64,000 bases of DNA from an uncultured Spirochaetota bacterium (GCA_963845535.1 CAWJSK010000014.1:32001-96000), one strand, 5' to 3'; counted from the first letter of the stretch, positions 30,992 through 42,374 are shown. Made by a program: numbers and translations. Notes: generated by a model from the sequence alone, not told the origin.

Positions 30992-33454
30992 CTACACGCC
31001 GCGGCTGTTGCGCCGCAGCATCTCGGGAACGCTCTGATTCGTGGTAACCGCGTGCCCGGGCAGAGGCAGCACGCGCTCATGGATGACGTCCAGGATCCAT
31101 TCCTTCTGCGGGAAGAAGGCGTCTTCCATCTCAGCAGCGGGGGTGATCCAGTTGCGCGCGCCCACCACCGCCACCGGGGCATCAAGGGAATCGAATGCCA
31201 TCTGCGAGATGTTGGACGCCATGGTGTGCAGGAAGGACCCGCGCTCGCAAGCATCCGATGCCAGCACGCATCTTCCCGTTTTCTTCACGCTCTCGATGAT
31301 AGGGCCGTAATCCAGCGGGTTGATGAATCGCGCATCTATCACCTCCGCTGACACGCTGTACTTCTCCTGCAGAATCTTTGCGGCGTCCATGGCCCTGTAT
31401 AGCGTGGCGCCGATTGTGAGGATGGTGACGTCCGAGCCCTCACGCCGAACCGCGGGCTCTCCCTCGGGGACCTCGTAGTATCCCGTGGGCACGCCGCCGG
31501 GAACGAACGTCTCACCGACGTCATAGATTCGCTGGCTCTCGAAGAACACCACGGGGTCGGTGCCCCGAAGCGCGAGGTTCATCATGCCCTTGGCGTCATA
31601 CGGCGTTGCAGGGAACATGACCTTGAGCCCCGGTATGTGCGACACGAGGGAGCTCCAGTCCTGCGAATGCTGCGCGCCATACTTGCTGCCCACCGACACG
31701 CGAAGCACGACCGGCATCTTCAGCACGCCTGCCGACATCGCCTGCCACTTGCACAGTTGGTTGAATACCTCGTCACCCGACCTGCCCAGGAAGTCGCAGT
31801 ACATCAGCTCGGGGACGGCCCGGCCTCCGCACATCGCGTAGCCGACTGCCGCACCCACGATTGCCCCTTCCGAGATGGGGGTGTTGAACAGGCGATAGTA
31901 AGGCAGGGCTTCGGTAAGCCCGCGATAGACCGCGAACGCGCCGCCCCAGTCCCTGTTTTCCTCGCCGAACGCGACCATGGAGGGGTCGATGGAGAACCGA
32001 TGCAGCATGGCCTCGAAGATGGCGTCCCGCAGCGCAATAACCTGCGCCTTGGGAAGAGGCGTGCCATCAGCGCCTATGCCGGAGCGGGATTTTTTCGCGT
32101 TGGAGATCACGCGGGGGTTCCGCTCAACGGGCAGCAGCATCTCCGCCTTTCCCTCCTGGACTTTCTCCGCGTTCCCGTTGGAGAACATCATGCTCCCGAT
32201 CTGGTCGTCATCCGTGGAAATGCGGGGGGAAATCTCCAGGGACGCGGCCAGCTCGGTGATCCTGCGCAGGCGTTCCACGGCTCCCTTCTGGATGGATTCC
32301 AGGTCTCCCGCTTTTGCGATTTTTGCGGCCACGAGCGACTCGCCAAAGCTCTTGATGCAGTCCACGTCCTGCCAGAGCGCAACTTCCTCTTTGGTGCGGT
32401 ACGACGAAGCATCCGAGGGCGAGTGGCCCGAGTAGCGGTAGGTGACCACGTCGAGAAGGACGGGGCCTTTTCCCTCCTCGAGTATCTTCCTCTTGCGCTC
32501 GATGGCGTCCGCCACCGCCAGCGGGTTGTATCCGTCCACGCGCTCCGCGTGCATCTGCTCGGGGTTGACCCCGGCGCCAATGCGGGCCAGGACCTTGAAC
32601 CCCATGGTCTCTCCCATGGTCTGGCCGCCCATTCCATAGAAGTTGTTGAAGAAGCTGAACATGATAGGGGGCGCGCCGCCGATCTCCTTGGGCCACAGCG
32701 TCCTGTACTGGTCCATCGCCGCTATCATCAACGCTTCCCAGACGGGTCCGCACCCGGATGAGCCGTCTCCGATGTTGGCAATGACGATGCCGGGCTTGCG
32801 GTTGATCCGCTTGAACAAAGCCGCGCCCACCGAAATGTCAGCGGAGCCTCCCACGATGGCGTTGTTGGGCATGCTGCCGAACGGCGCGAAGAACGCGTGC
32901 ATGGAGCCGCCCATTCCCTTGTTGAAGCCGTTCTCCCGTCCGAAGATCTCCGCAAGCGTTCCGTACAGCGAGTAATCGATGGCGAGGTCTTGCAGGGACC
33001 CCGTGTGCCCTTTCTGCACGGCGCGAAGCGGCGCCCCGCCCATGTAGGTTTCCATGATCGAGCTGAGCTTCTTCTCCGGAAGCTTTGCCACGGCGGAAAG
33101 GCACTTGGCGATGATCTCCCCGTGGCTGCGGTGTGACCCGAAGATGAAGTCATCAACGCCCAGGGTGAGGGATTGCCCGACAACGGTGGACTCCTGGCCA
33201 ACGGACAGGTGCGCCGGCCCCATGTGGTCATATGCAATCCCCTGGTAGGCGCCCTTCGTCTTGATGGTGTTGAGCATGGTCTCGAACTCGCGTATCACGA
33301 CCATGTCGTGGTACACGCGGATGAGCGTGTCCTTGCCGTACTTCTCGGCTTCCTTCTTGAGGTCACCGGCATATGTGTTGAGAGGGATGTCGCAGAGCGC
33401 GAGCTTCCCCGGCTTGCGCGTTTCGCGCGGGTCAACGACGATTGATTTCGGCAT
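30992..33454 (-). CDS. 2-oxoacid/acetoin dehydrogenase E1, fused alpha+beta
   Basis: HRSHG, GDG, YR..GHS, TPISE, GAQHSQ. Confidence 0.92.
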   Translation of the reverse strand: MPKSIVVDPRETRKPGKLALCDIPLNTYAGDLKKEAEKYGKDTLIRVYHDMVVIREFETMLNTIKTKGAYQGIAYDHMGPAHLSVGQESTVVGQSLTLGVDDFIFGSHRSHGEIIAKCLSAVAKLPEKKLSSIMETYMGGAPLRAVQKGHTGSLQDLAIDYSLYGTLAEIFGRENGFNKGMGGSMHAFFAPFGSMPNNAIVGGSADISVGAALFKRINRKPGIVIANIGDGSSGCGPVWEALMIAAMDQYRTLWPKEIGGAPPIMFSFFNNFYGMGGQTMGETMGFKVLARIGAGVNPEQMHAERVDGYNPLAVADAIERKRKILEEGKGPVLLDVVTYRYSGHSPSDASSYRTKEEVALWQDVDCIKSFGESLVAAKIAKAGDLESIQKGAVERLRRITELAASLEISPRISTDDDQIGSMMFSNGNAEKVQEGKAEMLLPVERNPRVISNAKKSRSGIGADGTPLPKAQVIALRDAIFEAMLHRFSIDPSMVAFGEENRDWGGAFAVYRGLTEALPYYRLFNTPISEGAIVGAAVGYAMCGGRAVPELMYCDFLGRSGDEVFNQLCKWQAMSAGVLKMPVVLRVSVGSKYGAQHSQDWSSLVSHIPGLKVMFPATPYDAKGMMNLALRGTDPVVFFESQRIYDVGETFVPGGVPTGYYEVPEGEPAVRREGSDVTILTIGATLYRAMDAAKILQEKYSVSAEVIDARFINPLDYGPIIESVKKTGRCVLASDACERGSFLHTMASNISQMAFDSLDAPVAVVGARNWITPAAEMEDAFFPQKEWILDVIHERVLPLPGHAVTTNQSVPEMLRRNSRGV

Positions 33455-33475
33455 ACAAGCGATCTCCTGTAGTTT

Positions 33476-34768
33476 CTACTGGGCCAGCAGCAGGTCGAAG
33501 CGGGCGATGAGCCCCGAAAGCGTCTGAAGGAACCGCGCGCCCGGCGCTCCGTCCACCACCTGGTGATTGATCGTAAGGGAAAGCCCGATCTGCGGTATGA
33601 AGCTCACGTTCCCGCCGGCTCCCTGCGTTGCCCGAGGAGTGATGGAGCCAATTCCGATGATCCCGACCTGCGGCGGGTTCAACACCGGCGTGAAACTCTC
33701 CACGCCGAGCCCGCCGAGGTTGGTGACGGTGAACGTGGCGCCGGCAAGCTCATCAGGGGAAACGCGGCCTTCCCGGCACGCAGCCGCCAGACGGGAGGCT
33801 TCCGCGGCAATTGCCTTCAGGCCGAGCAAGCCCGCATTCCGGATGGTGGGGACGATGAGCCCGCGCGGGGTGTCCACGGCAAAACCGAGGTGGACATCGG
33901 CGTACTGCCTGATAACATCGCCCGAAAAATGCGCGTTCAGGTCAGGGTGCTGCAGCAGCGCGCGGGACACGGCGAAGAGCACCATGTCGTTGATCGTGAC
34001 GCTGCGAAGCCCCAGGGACTCGGGGCTTTCCTTGAACCTGGCGCGGAGCTCCTGCAGCGCGCGCGCATCCGCGGAGGCGTTCAGCGTGAGCTGCGCGGTT
34101 GTGGTCAGGGAGGCGAGCATGCGCTCCGCAATCAGCTTGCGCACGCCGGTCACTTTGATCTCACGCACCGCGCCTGAAGGCATGGGAGCGGGCTGAGGCA
34201 CGGCCACCGGCTGCGCCGAGGCAGCGGGAGCGGCCGCCGGCCGCAGCGCGGGCTGCGCGGCACCAGCGGTCCTTCCGCCATCCGCAATTGCCTGCTTCAC
34301 GTCTCTCTCGATGATGCGGCCGCCAGGCCCGGTGCCGCGGATGCCGACAAGAGCCACGGAGCTTGCAGCGGCAAGCGCCCTGGCCCTCGGGGAAGCCGCA
34401 ATCTTGCGGCCCGCAGGCGCTTGCGCGGAAATGGTCTCGACGGCCGCAGCGCTCAGGGGCTTGGGCGCGGGGGCGGGCGGGGAAACTGCGGTTGCGGCGC
34501 TTGTGCCCGCAGGACGGTCCACCTTTTCCCCCTGCCTCCCGATCATGGCGATGGTTTCAAGCACCGGCACCTGGCTTCCTGCTTCATGGTAGATTGCGAG
34601 CAGCGTTCCGTCCGCCGGGGACTCGACCTCGAACGACGCCTTGTCTGTTTCCACTTCACAGAGGACGTCACCGGTCTTGACTGCATCACCGATGTTTTTT
34701 TTCCAGCCGACGATCGCGCATGTCTCGACCGACTGGCCTTGTTTGGGGAGTATAACGGGGATTGCCAT
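33476..34768 (-). CDS. Dihydrolipoamide acyltransferase E2
   Basis: ETDKA lipoyl site, ASPRAR..GTGPGGRI, HQVVDG. Confidence 0.95.
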   Translation of the reverse strand: MAIPVILPKQGQSVETCAIVGWKKNIGDAVKTGDVLCEVETDKASFEVESPADGTLLAIYHEAGSQVPVLETIAMIGRQGEKVDRPAGTSAATAVSPPAPAPKPLSAAAVETISAQAPAGRKIAASPRARALAAASSVALVGIRGTGPGGRIIERDVKQAIADGGRTAGAAQPALRPAAAPAASAQPVAVPQPAPMPSGAVREIKVTGVRKLIAERMLASLTTTAQLTLNASADARALQELRARFKESPESLGLRSVTINDMVLFAVSRALLQHPDLNAHFSGDVIRQYADVHLGFAVDTPRGLIVPTIRNAGLLGLKAIAAEASRLAAACREGRVSPDELAGATFTVTNLGGLGVESFTPVLNPPQVGIIGIGSITPRATQGAGGNVSFIPQIGLSLTINHQVVDGAPGARFLQTLSGLIARFDLLLAQ

Positions 34769-34915
34769 TACGGTTCCTCACAGTAGTTTCGCGCTGGCCT
34801 GACTGTCAAGACAGGTCGTTCGTCTTAAGAGTTTGTCCGATCCGGGGTTTCCTCAACTCTTGACCCTGAAAAGTCGAACATGGTACTGTACACTCTCTCA
34901 CGAGGATAAGGAAGT

Positions 34916-35224
34916 ATGTCAGACGGCCAGAATCTCCCACCAATCGAGGATTTCTCATCGGACAAGATCTATTGCGCCAATTGCGTCCACTGCAAGCTGA
35001 TCAAGATACCACGGGGGGAAGGCGGCCAGTACGGGCTGAGGGTGCGCTGCGAGGCGGGAAAGTGGCGCAAGAAGCTCGGTGAGGAGAAGGTGTACAAGTA
35101 CTTCACCGTCGTCAGGCGGACGCTGGATCAGTGCGAAGCGTACGAGCCTATGGGCGACGTTGAGGTCTTCCTCAAAGAGCTGAAGAAAGACCTGCCCATC
35201 AAGGATGAAATCTACACTGTGTAG
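34916..35224 (+). CDS. Cys-rich hypothetical protein
   Basis: CANCVHC plus two further Cys; AAGGA SD. Confidence 0.8.
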   Translation: MSDGQNLPPIEDFSSDKIYCANCVHCKLIKIPRGEGGQYGLRVRCEAGKWRKKLGEEKVYKYFTVVRRTLDQCEAYEPMGDVEVFLKELKKDLPIKDEIYTV

Positions 35225-35236
35225 GGGCAGAACCTG

Positions 35237-35764
35237 ATGAAACTCAAGCTTTCGTTTCTTTTTATTCCGGCCGTCCTGAGCGTGAGCATCGCCGTTGTGA
35301 GCTGTCGGACTCAACCCCAGGTCATTTCGCCGGACTTGAGCGCAGCGGAAAGCTTCCAGCGCGCGCAAGACGCCGCTGACGGCGGAGACTATGCGCTGGC
35401 CATCAGGTACTACAGGAGTTTTCTGGACAACAATCCGAATATCCCGGACCGCGACATCTGGGCGCTGTACGAGATCGCGTTCAACTACCACAAGATGGGG
35501 AAGAACGCGAATGCCGTCGCCCTGCTCGACCAGGTACTCCAGCAATACCAGAACGACACGGGAACCCTCCCTGCCGCTCCGCGCATCCTCGCGCTGAAGC
35601 TGAAGGACCGGCTCGGGCCGGTCGTCGCTGCCGCCGCGGCAGCTTCTGCCTCTTCCGCTGCCAACTCTCCCGCGGCCGCAACTCCTGCGCCTGACTCTCC
35701 AGCAACCGCGTCTCCTGCCGCGCCGGGCCCTTCCTCTCCCGCTGCTCCTGCTCCTGCCCAGTGA
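35237..35764 (+). CDS. TPR-like lipoprotein
   Basis: VVSC lipobox, TPR-like helices, Pro/Ala tail. Confidence 0.8.
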   Translation: MKLKLSFLFIPAVLSVSIAVVSCRTQPQVISPDLSAAESFQRAQDAADGGDYALAIRYYRSFLDNNPNIPDRDIWALYEIAFNYHKMGKNANAVALLDQVLQQYQNDTGTLPAAPRILALKLKDRLGPVVAAAAAASASSAANSPAAATPAPDSPATASPAAPGPSSPAAPAPAQ

Positions 35765-36318
35765 AACGGTTTGCTTTCTGTCCTGTTTGCGGCGCAGGGC
35801 TCGAAGGAAACGGTGTCGGGATTGCTCCTCACGCTCAGGGCCCGGTCGACGTGCTCGTCTGTCCTGCCTGTGATTTTCATTTCTGGCAAGGCTCCAAACC
35901 CGCCGTCGGCGCCATCCTCATGCGCACCATTGGCGGCAAGCGCCAGGTCCTGCTTACCCGCCGCGGCATAGAGCCGTACAAAGGGGAGTGGGACTTGCCG
36001 GGCGGATTTCTGGGAAACGGGGAAAGACCGGAGGATGGCCTCGGCCGGGAGCTTCGTGAGGAGCTCGACGTGGCGGTCTCCAATCCGAGGTTCTTCACGA
36101 CGGAGATCGACCAGTACAATCGGGATGACATCGCCAGTCAGGCGAGGTTTGTTCTCAGCTTGTTCTTCGTGTGTGACGTTGCCGCTGATGCAAAGTTTGC
36201 GCCCGATGACGACGTTGTCGAGGCGGCGTGGTTCCCGCTCGAGATGCTGCCCGCGGAGCTGGCATTCGACTGCAACCGCAGGGTGCTCACGAAGCTGGTT
36301 GCGTCCCTGAACCAGTAA
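35761..36318 (+). CDS. NUDIX hydrolase with Zn ribbon
   Basis: CPVCG..CPAC; WDLPGGF..GE..REL.EEL. Confidence 0.9.
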   Translation: MKRFAFCPVCGAGLEGNGVGIAPHAQGPVDVLVCPACDFHFWQGSKPAVGAILMRTIGGKRQVLLTRRGIEPYKGEWDLPGGFLGNGERPEDGLGRELREELDVAVSNPRFFTTEIDQYNRDDIASQARFVLSLFFVCDVAADAKFAPDDDVVEAAWFPLEMLPAELAFDCNRRVLTKLVASLNQ

Positions 36319-36324
36319 GCCCGT

Positions 36325-36969
36325 TCAACCGGCCGGCGCTTCACTTGCGTCCCGACCGACTGATTCCGTGAGTCGAAGCAGCTTCTCCTTGTCCAGAAGA
36401 GAAATAGCGTCTCCCGTGATCCCCAGGATGCCTTCTCCCTGCAGGCTCGTGAACACTCCGCGGACCTCGTCCATTGGCATTTCGAACGCCATGGAGGCGT
36501 CATCAAGGGTGCTTTGGAACGGCACCTCCGTCTGACCGGCCGGGAGCTCCTGGAACACGTATCGAAGGTGAAGCGCTATCTGGCCGCGCGCGTCGCGCCT
36601 GACGAGGTGTTGGATCTGAAGATGGGCGTTCTGGAGACGGCGGCAGAGCTTGTCAATGATGGACAAGGCGATGCGCGCGTTCCGCGTTATCATGTTCTGC
36701 AGACCTTCCCGGTCGAACACCAGCAGCTCCACCGCATCCACGGCGGTCACCGTGGCCGTGCGCCGCGTGCGGTTGACGATGGCGGTCTCCCCGAAGAAGT
36801 CTCCCTTCTCCAGTATCGAGACGACATGAACTTTGTCCGCGAAACGCTTGCTGACCCGGACCTTGCCCTTTTGGATGATATACATCTCTTCGCCCTCTTC
36901 CCCCTCGCGGCAAATGACCGCACCGGGGGCATAGGACTTTGTGAAGCGCTGGAGGAGCTCGTCTGGCAT
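36325..36969 (-). CDS. Crp/Fnr family cyclic nucleotide-binding regulator
   Basis: EGE.G..MY.I..G.V, GDFFGE, RTATV. Confidence 0.9.
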   Translation of the reverse strand: MPDELLQRFTKSYAPGAVICREGEEGEEMYIIQKGKVRVSKRFADKVHVVSILEKGDFFGETAIVNRTRRTATVTAVDAVELLVFDREGLQNMITRNARIALSIIDKLCRRLQNAHLQIQHLVRRDARGQIALHLRYVFQELPAGQTEVPFQSTLDDASMAFEMPMDEVRGVFTSLQGEGILGITGDAISLLDKEKLLRLTESVGRDASEAPAG

Positions 36970-37051
36970 GGCAGGGATCAACTATAGAGAAAAGTGAATG
37001 GAGTCGCAAGCGGCGGGACTTCCTGACTGTGTAAAAGAGACGGAGGCCCCC

Positions 37052-38068
37052 ATGAAAATCTGCCGCATGATCCCGTTCCTCCCCCTTGTCGTGATGATCT
37101 CGTGCGGCCCGGTCCCTGACCCGAGGTCGGGGCAGCAGGTGGACCTTCGCCCTCCGGTGATCGAGTCGGTGTGCTCCACGGGTCCGGCAGAGATCACCAT
37201 CTGCTTCGATGAAGAGGCAAGCCTGATCCCTGAAAAAACCCGGATCACTCCTGGCCTCACCGTCCTTGAGACTACGGGGCCGTCAAAAACCATTGTCGTG
37301 CGGGTGGATAGGCAACAGCCCGGGCTTGAATACGCCCTGGAAGGAGAGGCCAGTGACGCCAGTGGAAATACGGCCGCTTTCCTTGCCAGCTTCTACGGCT
37401 TCAACCCGAACGTCCCGCGGCTTGTCATCAATGAGCTCATCACCCAGGGAACCACGGACCATCCCGACATGCTGGAGATCAAGGTGCTCTCCAACGGAGA
37501 CATGGGCGGCGTGACTCTCTACCAGGGAACGCCGGGAAGCTTTGATGACCGGCTGGTGTTCCCTTCGTTCCCGGTCAGGCAGGGGGAGTTCATCGTGGTC
37601 CATTTCAAGCCCAGCGGTGACGGCACGGAGATCAATGAAACCAGCGACACTGCATCCTCCGGTGGCGTAGATGCCTGCGCCACCGCATACGATTTCTGGG
37701 TGGCGGGCGGACGCGGCATCTCGGGGAACAACGGTGTCCTCTCGGTCTACCAGAGGCCGGGCGGGAACCTGGTGGATGGCGTGCTGTACAGCAATCGCAA
37801 TTCCACCTCGGATGAGAAGTACCTCGGGTTCGGCTCCGCTGCCATGCTTGCGCGCGCGGAGGAGGTGGTGCGTGACGGGGGGTGGCGGATCAGCGGGAAG
37901 CGCGTCAGCCCGGAAGAAGCAGTCAATCCGGACGGCTCCACCAGCACGCGGTCGCTGTGCCGCTCATCAGGAAGCGCGGATACGGACTCAGCAGCGGACT
38001 GGCACATCGTTCCCACGCGGAAGGCAAGCTGGGGCCGGGACAACACGGACGAGGTCTACGTGCCGTAG
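37052..38068 (+). CDS. Lipoprotein with lamin-tail-like domain
   Basis: MISC lipobox; INEL...EI; GGAGG SD. Confidence 0.7.
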   Translation: MKICRMIPFLPLVVMISCGPVPDPRSGQQVDLRPPVIESVCSTGPAEITICFDEEASLIPEKTRITPGLTVLETTGPSKTIVVRVDRQQPGLEYALEGEASDASGNTAAFLASFYGFNPNVPRLVINELITQGTTDHPDMLEIKVLSNGDMGGVTLYQGTPGSFDDRLVFPSFPVRQGEFIVVHFKPSGDGTEINETSDTASSGGVDACATAYDFWVAGGRGISGNNGVLSVYQRPGGNLVDGVLYSNRNSTSDEKYLGFGSAAMLARAEEVVRDGGWRISGKRVSPEEAVNPDGSTSTRSLCRSSGSADTDSAADWHIVPTRKASWGRDNTDEVYVP

Positions 38069-38082
38069 GGGACGCGGTGCTC

Positions 38083-38406
38083 CTAGAGCATCTCCTTGAT
38101 GATTTTCTCCAGGGCTGGGCGGGGAAGGGCGCCGATCTGCTGCTTGACCACCTGGCCCTTGTTGAAGAACAGGAGCGTGGGGATGCTCACGATATTGAAC
38201 TGGGTTGCAAGCTCGGGCTCCTGGTCCACGTCTATCTTGGCCACTTTCAGCTTGTCCTTGTATTGCGCCGCGAGATCCTTGAGGACAGGAGCAATCATCT
38301 TGCAGGGGCCGCACCATTCCGCCCAGAAATCGGCTACAACGGGGACCGGTGATGAGATCACCTCAGCGTCGAAATTCGTCTTTGTAACAACCACTTCTTC
38401 AGCCAC
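38083..38406 (-). CDS. trxA: Thioredoxin
   Basis: DFWAEWCGPCK, SIPT. Confidence 0.96.
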   Translation of the reverse strand: MAEEVVVTKTNFDAEVISSPVPVVADFWAEWCGPCKMIAPVLKDLAAQYKDKLKVAKIDVDQEPELATQFNIVSIPTLLFFNKGQVVKQQIGALPRPALEKIIKEML

Positions 38407-38565
38407 GGGCGCCCCTCCTCTCATTTCTCAGGGCCTAAATATAGCCCTCTCCGGGAGCCTTGAGCAAGACGGCCGCTCAGGGCGGGAACGGCACCCCCGC
38501 CACGCCGGGGCAGCAGGGCACGCCCCAATGGGGCTCGCCCGGCTCGCTTCGTCCAGCCCGGTTTG

Positions 38566-39030
38566 TCAGCCCAGTCTGGGCAGAAGGTCCGCCATCTCCA
38601 GCGCGGCGAGCATGGCGTCCCACCCCTTGTTGCCGCTTTTGACGCCTGCGCGCTCGAGGGCTTGCTCCAGCGTGTCACAGGTCAGCACGCCGAAGATGAT
38701 GGGCCGCCCGGTGCGCAATGATTCCGAGGCAATGCCCTTGGATGCCTCGGCGGCAACGTAGTCGAAGTGGGGCGTATCACCGCGAATGACCGCCCCCAGG
38801 CTGACCACCGCGTCGTATTTGCCGCTGGAGGCCAACCGGCCCGCGACAAGGGGAATTTCCCGGCTGCCGGGAACGCGGACGAGAGTGAGGTTTTTCTCAT
38901 CGCCATCGTGGCGGAGAAAGCAGTCAATGGCGCCCTCGATGAGGCGGCCGACAATCATGTCGTTGAATCGTCCGGCCACCAGCGCGACGCGCCGCTCCGT
39001 GGCGCGCAGCATGCCTTGAATCTGTTCCAT
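38566..39030 (-). CDS. ribH: Lumazine synthase
   Basis: VPGS.EIP, GAVIRG.T.HF.YV, GNKG. Confidence 0.96.
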   Translation of the reverse strand: MEQIQGMLRATERRVALVAGRFNDMIVGRLIEGAIDCFLRHDGDEKNLTLVRVPGSREIPLVAGRLASSGKYDAVVSLGAVIRGDTPHFDYVAAEASKGIASESLRTGRPIIFGVLTCDTLEQALERAGVKSGNKGWDAMLAALEMADLLPRLG

Positions 39031-39055
39031 CGTTTTTCTCCTGTTGACGAGTTTT

Positions 39056-40327
39056 TCACAGCACGTGACCGAGCAGGTCGCGTTTGGTCTGGATGTAACG
39101 CATGTTATGGGGATTTGCGGCAACCTGCAGAGGTACACGGTCGATGACTCGGATCCCATACTCGGAGAGCCCGGCAACCTTGTCAGGATTGTTCGTGAGC
39201 AATCGCACGCGGGTGCGCCCCATCAGACGAAGGATCTGCGCCGCCTCCCAATACTCCCGCAGGTCCGCCGGGAAGCCGAGGCGCACGTTCGCCTCCACCG
39301 TGTCCAGCCCCTGGTCCTGCAACTCATATGCCCGCAGCTTCGCGGCCAGGCCAATCCCACGGCCTTCCTGGCGCAGGTAGATGAGCGCCCCCTCCCTTTC
39401 GGCGCCAAGGCGGCGCATGCTCTCAGAAAGCTGCTCTCCGCAGTCGCATCGCAGTGACCCGAAGGCGTCCCCCGTTTGGCATTCGGAGTGGACGCGCACC
39501 AGAAGGGGCGCATCCGATTCCCGCTCGTCCTCGGGCGGCGCGTCGAGCGGCAGACCCCGAGTCAAGAGGAGAGGCCCCTCCTTCGACGAACCGTACGGCG
39601 AGTCAAAGTGCTGGATTGTGAAGGTGCCCCATCGCGTGGGCAGCTCAGCGCGCGCGGTGGGAATCACAAGGCGTTCGCAAAGGCGGCGAAACCACACGAC
39701 ATCAGCGACGCTGATGATGGGGAGACCGAGGCGCCGCGCGAAATCCTCCAGGTCCTTCCCGCGGGCCATGCAGCCGCCATCACTCATGATTTCGCAAATC
39801 GCGCACGAGCGGGGGATGCCGGCCATTCGGCACAGGTCGACCGCAGCCTCCGTGTGCCCTCGCCTCTCAAGGACACCGCCGGGCCGGGCAACGATAGGGA
39901 AGACGTGTCCGGGCCGAGCCAGGTCCTCCGGGCGGCTCCCCGCGTTCGCCAGGCCTCGGAGCGTGGCAGCGCGGTCCGCGGCAGAAATGCCCGTCGTAGT
40001 GCCGTGAACCCAGTCCACGCTCTGCGTGAAGGCCGTGCCCTGCAGCGACTCCCTTTTTCCGCCCACCTGAACCCTGAGCTCGAGGCGTTGCGCGCGTTCT
40101 CCATCAATTGCGCAGCAGATCAAGCCGCGGGCCTCACGCGCCATGAGGTTGATATCGTCCGCGGTGACGGCGGCAGCGGCTACCATGAGGTCTCCCTCGC
40201 CCTCGCGATCCGCATCATCAGCCACGACGATCATGCCTCCTCGGCGAAGCGCCGCGATTGCGCGCTCGACGGCATGCCCGATCTCCCGCGTCGCCGAAGG
40301 CGCGGCTCTGTCCGTGACGGTGCTCAT
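39056..40327 (-). CDS. ribBA: DHBP synthase / GTP cyclohydrolase II
   Basis: REGEGD, RPGH, GHTE, RVHSEC, CDCG, QEGRGIG. Confidence 0.96.
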   Translation of the reverse strand: MSTVTDRAAPSATREIGHAVERAIAALRRGGMIVVADDADREGEGDLMVAAAAVTADDINLMAREARGLICCAIDGERAQRLELRVQVGGKRESLQGTAFTQSVDWVHGTTTGISAADRAATLRGLANAGSRPEDLARPGHVFPIVARPGGVLERRGHTEAAVDLCRMAGIPRSCAICEIMSDGGCMARGKDLEDFARRLGLPIISVADVVWFRRLCERLVIPTARAELPTRWGTFTIQHFDSPYGSSKEGPLLLTRGLPLDAPPEDERESDAPLLVRVHSECQTGDAFGSLRCDCGEQLSESMRRLGAEREGALIYLRQEGRGIGLAAKLRAYELQDQGLDTVEANVRLGFPADLREYWEAAQILRLMGRTRVRLLTNNPDKVAGLSEYGIRVIDRVPLQVAANPHNMRYIQTKRDLLGHVL

Positions 40328-40994
40328 GAATACCCCCAGCCGTTCAATTTCTCTTGCGTCAGGCCTGAGCCTTGCGTGAAGACCGCCTTCACGGCCGCGC
40401 GCACATAGGAGGCAAGGATGTCCAGCTCGATGTTCACGAGATCCCCTCCTTCTTCAGAGCGAGGGTGGTTGCCTGCCTGGTGTGTGGAATGATGGACATG
40501 CGAGCGCTCAGGCTCCGCACGCCGGAGCTTGCCGCGCCGCGAACGACCTCCGCTACCGTCAGGCTTATCCCGTCCACCGCGATCGAGCCTTCCGGCGAAA
40601 CCCGGTCCTCCCACGACGGATCCAGCCCGAGAGTCAAAAACCATGCGCCGGCCTCCGCTCTCCAGGAAAGGATTCGCGCCGTTCCCGTCACATGTCCCAT
40701 GACCATGTGACCGCCAAACCGACCGTCAGCGCGCATGGCTCTCTCGAGGTTCACCCGCGCGCCCGGCTTCAGTCTTCGAAAGCTCGTTTTTGCAAGCGTG
40801 TCTCCCACGGCCTCGACCGAGAAGGTCGAGGCCGTGGCGGCAACCACGGTCTGGCAGACGCCGTCGACATTGATCGAATCTCCGATTGCAAGCCCGTTGG
40901 CCACCGTGGGACAGAGGATCTCGATCAGAATGCCCTGGGAGCTCCGGCTGACCGAAGCGGCGCTGCCCACAGCCTCGATCAATCCTGTGAACAT
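40324..40994 (-). CDS. ribE: Riboflavin synthase alpha, frameshift near 40444
   Basis: MFTGL, GVC.TV, VNLERA, GISLTV; VNIE.D in the second frame. Confidence 0.9.
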
Positions 40995-42142
40995 GGCCCC
41001 TCCCTCAACGCCGTTGGATTGCGCGCGTCAAGACGGACAAACCCGTCGTGGACCTGGAATCGAGCACCCTCGATCTTTATCCCGGTATCCGGCGACTGCG
41101 TGCCGAGGTCACCAACAGCTTCAATGCCCCGCCCGAGAATCAGCGGCGCGATGAATACTGTGGCAACGTCCCAGGAGGCGCAGGCAAGAAAGGCAGTCAA
41201 GAGTCGCGAGCCGCCCTCCACCAGGACCGAGCCGATCCCCTCCGAATACAAAACGCGAAGCGCTTCCCGCAGATCAATCAGCCCGTCGGCAGCAGGAGCA
41301 ACTTCGAGCACGCGGACTCCGGCGGACTGACATTGGGCCACGGCCGGGCTGGAGCGCGCAGCCAGGACAATCGTTCCGGCGAGGAGCGGCGGCGCAAAGG
41401 CGCGGGCATTCATTGGCAGCAGTTCGCGCCCGGCGAGAACGACCCGAAGCGGCTGGCGAGATCCCAGCTCTGGTCTGATGGGGGCATCTCGGACGGTCAG
41501 CTCGGGGTCATCCGCGCGGAGCGTGCCCGCTCCGACCATCACCGCGTCGTGCTGAGAGCGCAGCTCGTGCGCCTGCACGCGGGCGCCGCCGTTCGTGATC
41601 CAGCGGGATGCGCCTCCGAGGCATGCCAGCCGGCCGTCGAGGCTCTGGGCCCACTTGATACGGATGAACGGGCGGCGCAGGCGGATGGAGACCGAAAACG
41701 CCTCGATGAGCTCATCTCCTCGGTCGGCAAGGACGCCCCCCTGGACGAGCACGCCTGCCTCTCGCAGCCGGGAAGCCCCTTTCCCCGAAACCAGGGGATT
41801 AGGGTCCTGAGAAGCGAACACAACCCGCGAGATTCCCGCGGCAATAATCGTCTCCGTGCACGGGGGGGTCTTCTTGGCGCCGCCGCAGTGGCAGCACGGC
41901 TCCAGCGAACAATACAAGGTCGTGCCGGAGAAGGATGTCCCGTCTGCCTCGAGGGATTTTTGAGCGTCCAACAGCGCAGCCACTTCCGCGTGGGGCGAAC
42001 CGGGGCCCCTGTGGAAACCTTGTCCAATGACAAGGCCGTCCCTCACCAGGACTGCGCCCACAGCGGGATTGATCCCGGCGAAGGGCAGAGATCTTCTTGC
42101 AAGGGAGATTGCCCGCTCCATGAATGACATATCTGTGCCCAT
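40979..42142 (-). CDS. ribD: Riboflavin deaminase/reductase
   Basis: HAE, LEPC..PPC, KWAQSLDG, VEGG. Confidence 0.96.
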   Translation of the reverse strand: MGTDMSFMERAISLARRSLPFAGINPAVGAVLVRDGLVIGQGFHRGPGSPHAEVAALLDAQKSLEADGTSFSGTTLYCSLEPCCHCGGAKKTPPCTETIIAAGISRVVFASQDPNPLVSGKGASRLREAGVLVQGGVLADRGDELIEAFSVSIRLRRPFIRIKWAQSLDGRLACLGGASRWITNGGARVQAHELRSQHDAVMVGAGTLRADDPELTVRDAPIRPELGSRQPLRVVLAGRELLPMNARAFAPPLLAGTIVLAARSSPAVAQCQSAGVRVLEVAPAADGLIDLREALRVLYSEGIGSVLVEGGSRLLTAFLACASWDVATVFIAPLILGRGIEAVGDLGTQSPDTGIKIEGARFQVHDGFVRLDARNPTALREGPCSQD

Positions 42143-42203
42143 GGCATTCCTCACGGGGCGGGTGCGATTGCCTTGAAACGTTCAACTCAAGATCTGGGAA
42201 GTC

Positions 42204-42333
42204 GATCTTTTCCCATCCGGACTCTACCGTCGGCACCGGAATTACACCGGTTCAATTTCGAAAACTCCGTACAGAGCTCCGAAAGTCGCGGGCTGTCACC
42301 GCCGGTGGGGAATTCCACCCCGCCCCAAAGATC
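42204..42333 (-). ncRNA. FMN riboswitch (RFN element)
   Basis: GGGCGGGGTGGAATTCCCCACCGGCGGT...AGCCCGCGA...CCGACGGTAGAGTCCGGATGGGAA upstream of ribD. Confidence 0.96.
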
Positions 42334-42339
42334 ACCTGG

Positions 42340-42369
42340 AGTATACAAAGATCCATCTCTTGTCGTCAA
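42340..42369 (-). promoter_or_regulatory. rib operon promoter
   Basis: TTGACG-18-TATACT ending 6 nt before the riboswitch. Confidence 0.75.
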
Positions 42370-42374
42370 TAGTA

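Noticed and set aside
40434..40450. Programmed frameshift in ribE and other split genes
   Set aside because: No slippery heptamer or stimulatory structure; the pattern fits homopolymer indels
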